A stretch of 64,000 nt of DNA from Acidobacteriia bacterium AH_259_A11_L15 (GTDB lineage: Bacteria; Acidobacteriota; Terriglobia; Acidiferrales; 2-02-FULL-67-57), in assembly GCA_027717655.1 (NCBI GenBank), contig JALLOH010000005.1:284-64283 (forward strand). The letters run 5' to 3'. A program made the translations under genes and the position numbers. This document shows positions 28,042 through 37,647 of the stretch, one piece after another (position 1 is the first letter of the stretch; each line of letters begins with the position of its first letter). The notes beneath the pieces were generated by a model. That model did no database searches. It saw only the letters and a program-made list of their open reading frames with translations, and had not been told where the DNA came from.

Positions 28042-29384
28042 CGCCAAAATTGCTCTGCCAGCGGGTTGCCCTTCCACGCCTCCGTCACCAAGACGAACCA
28101 GGCGGAAGCGGCCACGCTGGGCACATCCGCCATCTCGTACGGGACGGCCCGCGACGCGTACCGCAAGCCGCTGCCCTCTACCTGAAGCGGCTGCAGCCCG
28201 GCCAGCACTTCCCGCGCCCGCTCCCGGTCTCGCCCTCGCAGATAGACCAAGGCCACGCCCGCGGTTCCTTCCGACCAGACCAGCGGGAATTGGCGCCACT
28301 GCTTGCGGGAGTCCTCGGGGAAAAAGAAGCGGCCCACCGCCGGTTGCTTGTAGATGGGGTGGTCGAAGTAAGGCCGGTAGCCCACTGCCAAGCCGTCGTG
28401 TGCAGGGTAATAGCGCTCAAGGGCCCGCAGAGCCTGCTCCGCCTTTTCCCGTTCGCCGACGGCCAGCAGGAACAACACACCCCAGGAGGCGCAGTCGAGA
28501 GCCTTGACCGGATCCGGCGCGCCCCAGGGACGGAAGCCTCGATTGAACTGGCCCAGCTCTTCATTCCAGGCGCTTCGCAAGAGCCCCGCGCGAAGGCGGT
28601 CGGCCGCCTCACTCCAACGGGTGTCCTCCGTCAAGGCAGCCAGTTGGCGTAGAAAGAACCAAACGCTGATGTTGTTTTCCGTGCTAATCCCCAGGGCAGG
28701 CTTATCCTCGTATAGTTCGATCACGTCGTTGGTTTCAGGTTGATAGGCAAGTTCAATCTCGCCCCGGCCCAGCCGCACCAGTCCATCGCGCGGGTCGCCC
28801 GGGTCGTCGACTTGAAGGGAAAGAAGATAGTCACCCAAACGGGTAGCTGTCGCTCGAAAGAAAGCTTGCTCACGGGCGCAACCGCGGTCGTTGGCTGAAC
28901 ACGGCGGCGCGTGGGATAAGTAGAAGGTGAAAGCGTACCCGACCCACCCCAGGGCGCCCGCGCGAACCAGGGCACTTTCGTGATACTTCTCGTCGGGCCA
29001 GGTGTTGGCGGTGTTGTAGCTGAACCACAGGCTCCCATCGGCTCGTTGCAGCCGCGCCAGCGCGTGCAAAGTGAAGGCAGCGGCGTCGGTCTCTCCGGTG
29101 ATCACGAACACGAGCGCCGCGAGAGCATTGTCATAGGTGGCGGAGCGGTGATAGCCCTGGGGGAAAGCCTCAGGTGCGATGTCGTAGCTGACCACTAGGC
29201 GCCGGCGGGAAGGCGCCGGGGCCGGCACAATGGCATTGGGGGTCACCTGCCCGCGCAACCACTCCAAGTTGGTGGCGCCCCAGGGGCGGAACTCTTCCGG
29301 CGGGGAGGCTCCGGGGAAGCTTCCCGGCGGTTGGGCCAGCAGCAGGCCCACCGCCAGAACTCGGACGAGGATGCGCCGCGGCAC
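28038..29384 (-). CDS. Secreted hypothetical protein, possibly an (alpha/alpha)6-barrel glycoside-hydrolase-like protein
   Basis: 448 aa with a signal peptide, Trp/Tyr-rich helical repeats (YDNALAALVF, GALGWVGYAF, ENNISVWFF, CASWGVLFLL). The fold assignment is a guess. Confidence 0.4.
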   Translation of the reverse strand: MPRRILVRVLAVGLLLAQPPGSFPGASPPEEFRPWGATNLEWLRGQVTPNAIVPAPAPSRRRLVVSYDIAPEAFPQGYHRSATYDNALAALVFVITGETDAAAFTLHALARLQRADGSLWFSYNTANTWPDEKYHESALVRAGALGWVGYAFTFYLSHAPPCSANDRGCAREQAFFRATATRLGDYLLSLQVDDPGDPRDGLVRLGRGEIELAYQPETNDVIELYEDKPALGISTENNISVWFFLRQLAALTEDTRWSEAADRLRAGLLRSAWNEELGQFNRGFRPWGAPDPVKALDCASWGVLFLLAVGEREKAEQALRALERYYPAHDGLAVGYRPYFDHPIYKQPAVGRFFFPEDSRKQWRQFPLVWSEGTAGVALVYLRGRDRERAREVLAGLQPLQVEGSGLRYASRAVPYEMADVPSVAASAWFVLVTEAWKGNPLAEQFWR

Positions 29385-29445
29385 GTAAATATCCTTGATA
29401 GCTGGCCGGGCGGAAATTGCCCGCTTGCGGGTCTCGGCCTCCCAG

Positions 29446-30747
29446 CTACCGAGAGTGGGGCGGGCCTGCGGTGCGAGCCGTGATTATAGCCAGCAAGGCG
29501 ACGAAGAGCAAGGCGTTGGCGGGGATGCGCAGGGGGAAGTCCACCAGGCTGTGGAGCAGGACCAGCCCGCAACCGGTGAGCGCCGCCACCACGTAGCGGC
29601 GCTGGGGCCCGTGGGGTGAGAGCCGCAGCTGCTCGGCTGCCGTCCGCGCCAGCGTGACCAGGAACCACAGCGCCAGGGCCGCGCCCACCAGGCCGGTCTC
29701 GGCCAACCATTGCAGGTAGTCGTTGTGGGCCTGGTGCCACTCCAGGCGGGAGTAGAAGCTGCGGTAGGCGTCCGAGATTTCGCCGTAGGTCTCCAGCCCC
29801 GACCCCACCCAGAGGTGGTCGCGAATCATCGCCAGAGTGTCCTGCCAGATTTGCCAGCGGTACTCATCGACGGCCTGCGGCCGGCTGAACAACTCACCCA
29901 GGGTCTGCCAGCGGGAGAGCAGCGTGCCGGTATCGAGCGCCAGGGTGAGGCCGACCGCCACCACCACCACCGCCAAGCCCACCGCCAGCGACCAGCGCCG
30001 GGAACGGCGGCCGCTGCGGCTCAGCAACCAGTAGAGAGGAAAGGCCAGGACGAACAGGATCAAGCCCGCGCGGGAGAGCGACAGCAGCACGGAAACGCCC
30101 AGCGCCAGCACTGCCAGACCCCAAAAGACCTGCGGCTCGAGCCGCCGCCGCCACTGGGCGAACTTGACCCAGGCCAGGGGGAGCAGCATCAGCGCCCAGG
30201 CGGCGTAGTGGTTGCGGTTGATGAAGGGCCCGAAGGGCGAGCTGCCCTCGGGGGCCTGCCAGAACCAGTAGATTTTCCCCTCGAAGCGCAACCCTTGCAG
30301 AATGGCGAACACGGCCAGGGCGAAGGCGAAGACCAGCAACCCGGTGAGGAAGCGCTCCAAGCGGCCCGGGCGGGCCAACTGGTTGTAGAGAAGGAAGAAG
30401 AAGCCGCCCACGGCCAGCAGCTCCCAGACTTGCTCCCGGGTGGCGGGCGGATAGACCGAGAGGGAGGCGAAAGCCTGGAGGGCGACGAAGAGGAAGATGG
30501 CCAGCATGGGATAGAACAAGGCCGGCACGCGGAAGCTGAGCTGGCCGCGCCAGACCGCGGCCAGCCACCACACCCCCAGCAGGCCCAGCACGGCCAGCTC
30601 CATCCCGGCCCGAGCCCAAGCCGGCGTGGCCCCGAAGGTGAGGGCGGCGAAGGCGAGCACTAGGCCGGCGCCGGGCAATAGGAGCAGCTCCAGGCGCTGC
30701 GGGACCCCGGCCGGCAGCCGGGCGCTCCTTCGGGGAGCCGGGCTCAC
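29446..30747 (-). CDS. O-antigen ligase / Wzy-like polymerase family membrane protein
   Basis: About 11 TM segments. NRNHYAAWALMLLPLA...LSLSRAGLILFVL is the Wzy_C signature region. Confidence 0.75.
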   Translation of the reverse strand: MSPAPRRSARLPAGVPQRLELLLLPGAGLVLAFAALTFGATPAWARAGMELAVLGLLGVWWLAAVWRGQLSFRVPALFYPMLAIFLFVALQAFASLSVYPPATREQVWELLAVGGFFFLLYNQLARPGRLERFLTGLLVFAFALAVFAILQGLRFEGKIYWFWQAPEGSSPFGPFINRNHYAAWALMLLPLAWVKFAQWRRRLEPQVFWGLAVLALGVSVLLSLSRAGLILFVLAFPLYWLLSRSGRRSRRWSLAVGLAVVVVAVGLTLALDTGTLLSRWQTLGELFSRPQAVDEYRWQIWQDTLAMIRDHLWVGSGLETYGEISDAYRSFYSRLEWHQAHNDYLQWLAETGLVGAALALWFLVTLARTAAEQLRLSPHGPQRRYVVAALTGCGLVLLHSLVDFPLRIPANALLFVALLAIITARTAGPPHSR

Positions 30748-32030
30748 GAACCCCGCTCCAGCCGGCGGAGGCTGAACTCGCTGACTCGCACCGTGCCGCG
30801 AATCCGGTTGCTGACCCGGCGGCTGCGCAGGCGCACGATGCCCACCCGCAACAGGCGGGTCTGCGGCCCGGTGGTCAACTCCACCTGCTCCAAGAACCAG
30901 CCGTTGCTGCCCACCAGGCCGGGCGAGCGCTCCACGCCACCCCCCGGGCCCACCTCGGCCACCTCCAGCCGGGGGCCGCTCTCGGTGGTGATTTCCTCGG
31001 TGCTCATCCAGGCCTGGAAGCGGTAGCGCCGGTTGGGCTCCACCAGCACGTACTGGAAAAAGTGGCGGTACTCGAGGTTCTTCTCTCCCAGGAAGAGAAT
31101 CACCAGCGCCGGCGTCTGCGAGCCGGAGCGGGCCGGGCCCCGGTTGAGGTTCACGTTCGCCACCACCACCGCCCGCCAGCCGAACCCGCCGTTCACGATG
31201 GGCTGGCGCAAGTCGGGATTGTGCAGCAGCTCACCGTCCCCGGAGGACGAGTCGGCGTCCACCAAGCCTAAGCGCTTCAAGTCGTTCCAGACTTTTTCCG
31301 CTTGCGGAGCTTGCCGGTGGCGGATCAAGAAGTCCAGGTAGAGGAGCCCCTGGCGCAGTTGGAAAGACCCGCCCTGCTCCATCAACCGGTCCCACACCCG
31401 GGCGGCGGCCGCGTTGTCTTTGATGGTGAGCAGGTAGCGAAGGTAGACGAGGAAGAAGCGGGGCTGGGCGGGCAAGGCCTGGCGCAAAACGAGGTCGGGG
31501 TTGCCCAGCAGGCGATGGGAGACCTGTACCACCAGCGGGGCCAGGCTGGGCTGGGCCGCCAGGGCGCGGTGAAAGTAAGGGTAGGCGCGGGCGGGCTCGC
31601 CGGCGCGCAGCCAGAAGTTGCCCGCCCGCCACAGCGTCTCCGGGGTGCGGGGGTCGACCTGAAGCGCCTGGGCCACGGCGTCCGCGGCGCCCCCCCCGTC
31701 TCCCGCCAGCAGGAGAGCATCGGCCAGGTCCAACCAGTAGAGGCTTTCGTGGGGATTGAGTTGGGCGGCGCGGCGGTAGTGCAGGAGGGCGCGGTCGGAG
31801 CTCCCGCCTTGCAGGGAGAACTGCTCCCACTGGGCCAAGAGATGGTGGAGGGCGGCGTCATCGTCGGCCAGGCGCAGAGCGCGCTCCAGGAGGGCGCGGT
31901 CCTGGCTGGTGCGGGCGCGGGCCACGAGGGCCCCGCGCAGGCTGCCCCGCGCGGCCGCCGCCAGCAGCACCAGGCCCAGCAGCAGGGCTCCGGCGCGCCG
32001 CCAGCGGCTGCGAAACGACCAATCAGGCAC
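30744..32030 (-). CDS. Membrane-anchored TPR protein with a C-terminal beta-sandwich (CBM-like) domain
   Basis: N-terminal TM segment, TPR-like helices (YRRAAQLNPHESLYWLDLADALL...), and a beta-rich C-terminal 150 aa. 4-nt overlap with the Wzy-like gene. Confidence 0.6.
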   Translation of the reverse strand: MPDWSFRSRWRRAGALLLGLVLLAAAARGSLRGALVARARTSQDRALLERALRLADDDAALHHLLAQWEQFSLQGGSSDRALLHYRRAAQLNPHESLYWLDLADALLLAGDGGGAADAVAQALQVDPRTPETLWRAGNFWLRAGEPARAYPYFHRALAAQPSLAPLVVQVSHRLLGNPDLVLRQALPAQPRFFLVYLRYLLTIKDNAAAARVWDRLMEQGGSFQLRQGLLYLDFLIRHRQAPQAEKVWNDLKRLGLVDADSSSGDGELLHNPDLRQPIVNGGFGWRAVVVANVNLNRGPARSGSQTPALVILFLGEKNLEYRHFFQYVLVEPNRRYRFQAWMSTEEITTESGPRLEVAEVGPGGGVERSPGLVGSNGWFLEQVELTTGPQTRLLRVGIVRLRSRRVSNRIRGTVRVSEFSLRRLERGS

Positions 32031-32072
32031 GGGGAATTCCCCTCGTAGACGGGCAAACCACGGGGAGCGAGT

Positions 32073-34304
32073 TCAGCCGGAGTGGCCGGCGCGGTAACCG
32101 TAACCGTAGTACTTGTAGTAGTAATAGTTGTAGTCCACCGAGCGCATGTCCACCCCATTCAAGACCACGCCCAGCAGGCGAGCGTTGACGTTCAAGAACA
32201 ACTGCCGGGTGTGCCGCAGGGCTTCCCGAGTCGTCTTCCCGGAACGCACCACCAGGATCACCCCGTCCACCAGCACCGAGAGTACGGTGGCGTCGGTGAC
32301 CGAAAGCACGGGGGGCGAATCCAGGACTACGTGGTCGTACTCCCGCGCCAACTGCTCCAGCAGCTCCTTCATCCGGATGCTGGAGAGCAGTTCCGCCGGG
32401 TTGGGCGGGACCGGGCCGGCCGGCAGCAGGAACAAGTCCGGGACGGGTGTGGGCAGGACCAGGTTGTTGCTCGGCTGGGCGCCGGAGAGGTACAGGCTGA
32501 GGCCGCCGTGGCCGTTCGTCTCCAGGAACTTGTGGGCGGAGGGCTTGCGCAAGTCGGCGTCCACCAGCAGGATTTTCCCGCCCCGCTGCGCCAGAGCCAC
32601 CGCCAGGTTGATGGAGGTGGCGGTCTTGCCGTCCACCGGCTGGCCGCTGGTCACCAGCAGCAGTTGCGGCGGCCGGTCAGGAAACGACAGCAAGATGGAG
32701 GTGCGCAGGGCGCGGAAGGCCTCCGCCATGGTGGACTGGGGCCGGCGATAAGTGACCAGGGCGATCTGGGAGGACTCTTCTGCCGCTGAGGAAGCGTTGG
32801 CCACGGAGCGGTCCTCCAGGGTGCTGGCCAGCGGCACGGTGGCCAGGGTGGGCAGCGAGCTGTAGTGCTCCACCTCGTCCGGAGTCTTCACCGTGTTGTC
32901 CAAGTACTCCCGGAAGAACGCCAGGGCGATCCCCACCGGGATGCTCAGCAGGAAAGCCAGGAGCACATTCAGGATGACCTTGGGACTGCTGGGAGCGGCG
33001 GGGATGCGCGCCGGGTCCAACACGCGGATGTTGCTGGAGCGCAGGCCGGCGCTGATGCCGGCGGCTTCCAACCGCTGCAGGAGGCCGTCGTAGAGCTGCT
33101 TGTTGGTGGCGGCCTCTCGCTTGAGGATGTTGTAGCGGATCAGGCGCTGGTTCAGCCGGTTCACCTCCTGCTTCTGCCGGTTCACCAGCTCGCGCAGGAG
33201 CTGCTCGCGTCGCACCGCCGCTCCATAGTCGGCCTGGAGGCTGGCCAGGATAGCCTGGCGCTGGCCGGCGAGTTGCTGCTCGAGGTCGGCCATCTGCTCC
33301 TCCAGGCGTTGCATCCGGGGGTGCTGCGGCCCGAACTGCGGCCGGGCTTCGGCGTGCTGGGTGCGCAGGTCGGCCAGGCGCCCCTCTAGCTGGTTCACCA
33401 GGGGATCGCGCAGCTCGCTCAGGTCGCCGGATTCCGCCTGACGGAGTTGCGACTCCGTGGCCACCCGGGAGGCCTCCACCACCGAGAGCTCGTGGTTCAA
33501 GTCGGCCAGGCGTTGGGTGAGGATGTTCTGCCGGTCGTCGATGGAGACCAGGTTGTAGCGGCGCTCAAAAGCCAGCAGCTCCTCTTCCGCCTGCTCCACC
33601 CTGCCGCGCAGCTCCCGCAACTGGTCGCTCAGCCACTCCGAGGCCCGCATGGTCGCCTCATAGCGGGTGCGGAAGTTGTGCTCGATGAAGTTGTCGACGT
33701 GGGCGTTGGCCACCCGGGCGGCCAGCTCCGGGTCGGTGCTCCGGAAGCGGATATCGACCACCCAACTGTTGGCCACCGGCCTCACGTCGAGCCTCCCCAA
33801 GAACCGCCCAATCAAGCGCGACTCGCTGGCCGACTCCAGCGGCACTTCGGCCGGCAGCGGGCCGGCCCCTTCGGCGTCGGCAGGCGGGCCGGCAAAATCC
33901 GGCTCCTGGTCGAGGCGGAGCATACGGATAGTTTTGCCCGCCAGGGTCTCGCTCTCCAGCAGCCGGATTTGAGTCTGGAGGTACTCCTGGTAACTCCAGG
34001 GGTCGAGCGAGACGGTGTATTCCGCCTGCAGCTCGCTGGCGCTTTCCTTGTCGATGGCCAGCCGCACCACCGCTTCGTATTGCTTGGGCAGGCGCAGAGA
34101 GACCACCGCTACGGTGAGCACGGTGAAAAAAACGAACAAGAGAATGGTGAGCCGGTACTTGTGCAGCACGCGCAGGTAGTCGCGCACGTGCGTCTCTTGG
34201 CCGCCGGGCAAACCGGTGTAGGGACCCGGCGAGCCGGGGGTCAGCCGCCCCGGGGCCTGCAGCGGCTGCCCGGGCGAGCGTACTAGCTTGTCTTCCCGTT
34301 CCAT
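32073..34304 (-). CDS. Polysaccharide co-polymerase / BY-kinase (Wzc/GumC-type chain-length determinant plus tyrosine autokinase)
   Basis: Wzz-like N-terminus with a long coiled coil, Walker A (SGQPVDGKTAT), Walker B-like LVDAD, and a C-terminal Tyr cluster (DYNYYYYKYYGYGY). Confidence 0.9.
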   Translation of the reverse strand: MEREDKLVRSPGQPLQAPGRLTPGSPGPYTGLPGGQETHVRDYLRVLHKYRLTILLFVFFTVLTVAVVSLRLPKQYEAVVRLAIDKESASELQAEYTVSLDPWSYQEYLQTQIRLLESETLAGKTIRMLRLDQEPDFAGPPADAEGAGPLPAEVPLESASESRLIGRFLGRLDVRPVANSWVVDIRFRSTDPELAARVANAHVDNFIEHNFRTRYEATMRASEWLSDQLRELRGRVEQAEEELLAFERRYNLVSIDDRQNILTQRLADLNHELSVVEASRVATESQLRQAESGDLSELRDPLVNQLEGRLADLRTQHAEARPQFGPQHPRMQRLEEQMADLEQQLAGQRQAILASLQADYGAAVRREQLLRELVNRQKQEVNRLNQRLIRYNILKREAATNKQLYDGLLQRLEAAGISAGLRSSNIRVLDPARIPAAPSSPKVILNVLLAFLLSIPVGIALAFFREYLDNTVKTPDEVEHYSSLPTLATVPLASTLEDRSVANASSAAEESSQIALVTYRRPQSTMAEAFRALRTSILLSFPDRPPQLLLVTSGQPVDGKTATSINLAVALAQRGGKILLVDADLRKPSAHKFLETNGHGGLSLYLSGAQPSNNLVLPTPVPDLFLLPAGPVPPNPAELLSSIRMKELLEQLAREYDHVVLDSPPVLSVTDATVLSVLVDGVILVVRSGKTTREALRHTRQLFLNVNARLLGVVLNGVDMRSVDYNYYYYKYYGYGYRAGHSG

Positions 34305-35796
34305 CTAGACCACCTCTTTTCCGGAGGAAACCCAGGCGGCGGCCGGTGAGGCTGCCTCCGCGACCCCCGGGCGCAAAGATTCCCTTTTTTCCAGCCGCGC
34401 CAGCGCCTCGTCCAAACCGGCGCGCAACTCCTCCCCCACCAGCTCGAAGGGCAAGTCGACCCACCCGCTCCCCGGGCGGCGCGCCAGCACCAGCACCCCG
34501 CCCGAACCCAAAGGCAGGGTCAAGCGCCAGAGGTTGTCCTCCCCCACCGGCTCCTCGCCGAGAAGCCGCAGCCGCTGGCGCCGGGCCGGGTCCAGTCGGA
34601 GCGTCACCCGCTCCAGTTCCAATGAGTGGGCCGCCCCTTGCAGCCACTCCCGCAACTCCGGCCCGCTAGCCACGGCCCGCAGCCCTTCCAGCAACTCTTG
34701 CAGGCGCAGCCGGGCACGCACCCGCCGGCGGGAGAAGGCCCAGCCGAACTCGATGAATTCCGGATACGCCAGGCGACGCACTCCCACCCAGCAGGCGCCC
34801 ATGAACAGCAACAACACCATTCCGGTGATCAGCCGCGGGCCGCGGGCGACGAAGATGCTGGCCAGGGCAGCCAGGGCGGAAAAGCCGTAGAGCAGCAGCA
34901 CCACCTGGCGCGGTGTCAGCCCCAGGGCGACCAAGCGATGGTGGATGTGCTGGCGGTCGGAGGCGAACCAGTGTTGCCCCCGCAGGGTCCGCCGCACCAC
35001 CGCCAGCGTGGTATCGGCGACCGGCAGCGCGAAGGCCAGCAGGGGAGCAGCCACCGCCACCGCCGTGGTGGCCTTCTGATGCCAAACGACGGCGCTGGCC
35101 GCCAGGACAAACCCCACGAACATGCTGCCCGAATCCCCCAGGAAGATGCTGGCGGGGGCGAAGTTGTGCCGCAGGAAGCCGAGCAGGGCGCCGGCCAGGG
35201 CCAGGCTGACGACGACCACCATCTTCGCGTCCAGCATCATGGCGGTCACGGCGATGGCGCCGGCGGAGAGAAAGCCCACGCCCGCCGCCAGCCCGTCGAG
35301 GCCGTCAATCAAGTTGAAGGCGTTGGTCAGGGCCACGACCCAGAGCAGGGTGGCGCCGGCCGATAACCAACCCAGCTCCACCCGCCCCCCCCCAGGGTAG
35401 AGAAAGGTGCGTGATTTGGATACCCACGGAGACCAACCACAGCCCGGCGGCCACCTGGGCGGAGAACTTGACCCAAGCGTTCATCCCCCAAATGTCATCC
35501 GCTACTCCCAGCAGGAGAATGAAGGTGGCCGGGCCCCAGAGCAGCCAAAAGGTGGGCAACTCCTGGCGGAATTGCTCGGTGATCACATTGGAGGGAAAGA
35601 AGAGCGCCAGCAGGGCCCCGCCCAGCGCCAGGTAGATGATGACCCCGCCCAGCCGGGGTACGTGACGGCGTTGATGCGTCCCTGCGGTGATGGCCGAATC
35701 CAACAGACCCAAACGCGTACACACGCGCCGCAGAATGGGCGTGCCGATGAGAGTGGCCAGGAAGGCGAAGGCAAAGAGAACCGTATAGGTATTCAT
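34305..35796 (-). pseudogene. WecA/MraY-family polyprenol-phosphate sugar-1-phosphate transferase with a C-terminal cytoplasmic extension; +1 frameshift in a G9 run
   Basis: N-terminal part MNTYTVLFAF...VADDIWGM (ORF 35305-35901) and C-terminal part ...ALTNAFNLIDGLDGLAAG...FLGDSGSMF...HIHHRL (ORF 34305-35381) are joined by a C9 run on the plus strand (35385-35393). Deleting one base gives ...LPWGGRVELGWLS. Confidence 0.85.
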
Positions 35797-35946
35797 TCCC
35801 CCGCGGTCTGTCCTTTCCCGCCCCCTCCCAATAGGGTCAGGAAAAACCCCTAGAAAGAAACTGCGTGCTTGCAGTCTACGAGCGGCGGGGGGTGGTGTCA
35901 AGCCAAGAGGCAGAAGTTCGGCGGCGCGATGGCGGGAGGCGTGAGG

Positions 35947-35952
35947 TATAAT
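35947..35952 (+). promoter_or_regulatory. Perfect TATAAT box 5 nt upstream of a GTG start (possible leaderless transcript)
   Basis: gaggTATAATccggcGTG, with the GTG at 35958. Confidence 0.3.
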
Positions 35953-35957
35953 CCGGC

Positions 35958-36236
35958 GTGTTTGCGCGCCGGTTGAGGGTGGAGGTTGAGGTTGAAGGCC
36001 AGCGCCGCCCCTGTCCCCTGGAGTGGCTGGACAGCTTCTGCATGCGGCGTTTCACCGGCGAGGCGGCCTTCGACGACACCCTGCCCCGGGCCGAGGGGCT
36101 GCTGGAAGCGGGCTTCGGCGTGGATACCCAGCGCCTGAGCCGGGAAATGAGCGACTGGCTGAGCAAAAAGAAGGGCCAGGGCAAGCGCGTGGAAATCCGC
36201 ATCACAGAAAGCGATTCGCAGAAAGCGAGCCGATGA
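35958..36236 (+). CDS. Small hypothetical protein
   Basis: 92-aa ORF whose TGA overlaps the ATG of the downstream aminotransferase (ATGA). No family recognised, and coding status is uncertain in GC-rich DNA. Confidence 0.4.
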   Translation: MFARRLRVEVEVEGQRRPCPLEWLDSFCMRRFTGEAAFDDTLPRAEGLLEAGFGVDTQRLSREMSDWLSKKKGQGKRVEIRITESDSQKASR

Positions 36237-37402
36237 AGTCGCCTGTGGGCGAAGTGAATCCCCCGCCCCGCATCCTGCTGGGCCCAGGGCCGAGTTGCGT
36301 GGACGCGCGCGTCTACCGCGCCCTGCTGGCGCCCATGCTCGGCCACCTCGACCCTGACTTCCTCCGCATCATGGAGGAGACCCAAGTGCTGCTGCGGCGG
36401 CTCTTCGGCACTGAGAACCGGCTCACCTTCCCCGTCTCCGGCACCGGCAGCGCCGGGATGGAGACGGCCATGATGAACTGCCTGGAGGCGGGCGAGACCG
36501 CGGTGATCACGGTGGCGGGGTTTTTCGGAACCCGGCTGGCCGACATGGCCCGGCGGGTGGGCGCCGAGGTAATCGAGCTGAAGGCGCCGGCGGGGTTGCC
36601 GGTTGACCCGCAGCAGGCCCGGGAAGCCGCGCGCGGGAAAAAAATCAAAGTGCTCGGGGTCACGCACGGCGAGACCTCGACCGGCGCCCTGCATGACCTG
36701 GACGCCTTTCGCCAGGTGGCCGACGAATGCGGCGCCCTGCTGGTGGTGGATGCGGTGGCGACGGCGGGCGGGATTCCGCTGCGAGTGGACGCGCAGCGGC
36801 TCGATGTCTGCTTCACCGGCTCGCAGAAGTGCCTGAGCGCCCCGCCGGGCCTGGCGCCCTTCACCGCCAACCCGCGGGTGGAGGAAGCCATCCGCCAGCG
36901 GAGGACCCGCCCGCCCAGCTGGTACTTCGACCTGACTCATATAATGAAGTACTGGGGCGGGGAGCGGACGTATCACCACACTGCGCCCATCTCCATGGTC
37001 TACGCCTTGCGGGAGGCGCTGCGGGTGGTGGACGAAGAAGGCTTGGAGGCGCGCTGGGAGCGCCACCGGCGGAACACCCAGGCGCTGGTGACCGGCCTGG
37101 AAGCGATGGGATTGGAAATGCTCACGCCCCCGCCGCAGCGGATGATTACCGTCACCGGGGTCAAGGCGCCGCCGGGAATTGACGCCGGGAAGATTCGCCG
37201 GCGGCTGCTGGAGGAGTTCAACATCGAGATTGCCGGGGGGCTGGGCGAGTTGAAAGGGAAAATCTGGCGCATCGGGTTGATGGGGGCCTCCTGCACGCAG
37301 AACAACGTTTTGCTGCTGCTGGCCGCGCTGGAGAAGTGTTTGGCCGAAGAAGGCTTCAAGCTCTCGCCCGGCGCCGGCGTCGCCGCTGTCGCCAGACCCT
37401 GA
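36233..37402 (+). CDS. Class V aminotransferase (alanine-glyoxylate / serine-pyruvate type)
   Basis: ILLGPGPSCVDARV...GHLDPDF, VTHGETSTG, FTGSQKCLSAPPG (PLP Lys). Confidence 0.85.
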   Translation: MKSPVGEVNPPPRILLGPGPSCVDARVYRALLAPMLGHLDPDFLRIMEETQVLLRRLFGTENRLTFPVSGTGSAGMETAMMNCLEAGETAVITVAGFFGTRLADMARRVGAEVIELKAPAGLPVDPQQAREAARGKKIKVLGVTHGETSTGALHDLDAFRQVADECGALLVVDAVATAGGIPLRVDAQRLDVCFTGSQKCLSAPPGLAPFTANPRVEEAIRQRRTRPPSWYFDLTHIMKYWGGERTYHHTAPISMVYALREALRVVDEEGLEARWERHRRNTQALVTGLEAMGLEMLTPPPQRMITVTGVKAPPGIDAGKIRRRLLEEFNIEIAGGLGELKGKIWRIGLMGASCTQNNVLLLLAALEKCLAEEGFKLSPGAGVAAVARP

Positions 37403-37635
37403 GCGGAGCGAAAGAGAGCCAGCCCTGTCGGAGCGAAGCGTAGACCCTGAGCCTGCCGAAGGGAGCGAAGCCGAAGGGCCACTCAGGCCTACCAGCACTC
37501 CCCCGCCGCGCCGTGAGCTCCCGGCGAGCGGGAACATTGCGGGGAGCCGCCCACTGCGGGTTCAGCTTGATTGGAATTAGTGGGTCGGTAGGACAGACAT
37601 TCCTGCTTGTCCTGAGCCTGCCGAAGGGTCTGTCC
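37397..37635. repeat. REP cluster (BIME-like) between the aminotransferase and the RAYT gene
   Basis: cctgagcctgccgaaggg occurs twice (37446-63, 37611-28), plus degenerate copies starting at the aminotransferase stop. Terminal hairpin GGACAGAC(37591-98)...GTCTGTCC(37628-35) lies 13 nt from the RAYT stop. Confidence 0.65.
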
Positions 37636-37647
37636 AATCCTCTGCTG

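Noticed and set aside
36233-37402. The class V aminotransferase as the missing AEP transaminase (PhnW) of the PepM cluster.
   Set aside because: Its N-terminal and PLP-site motifs look like the AGXT/serine-pyruvate type rather than PhnW as I remember it. It also lies about 20 kb away, on the far side of unrelated genes.
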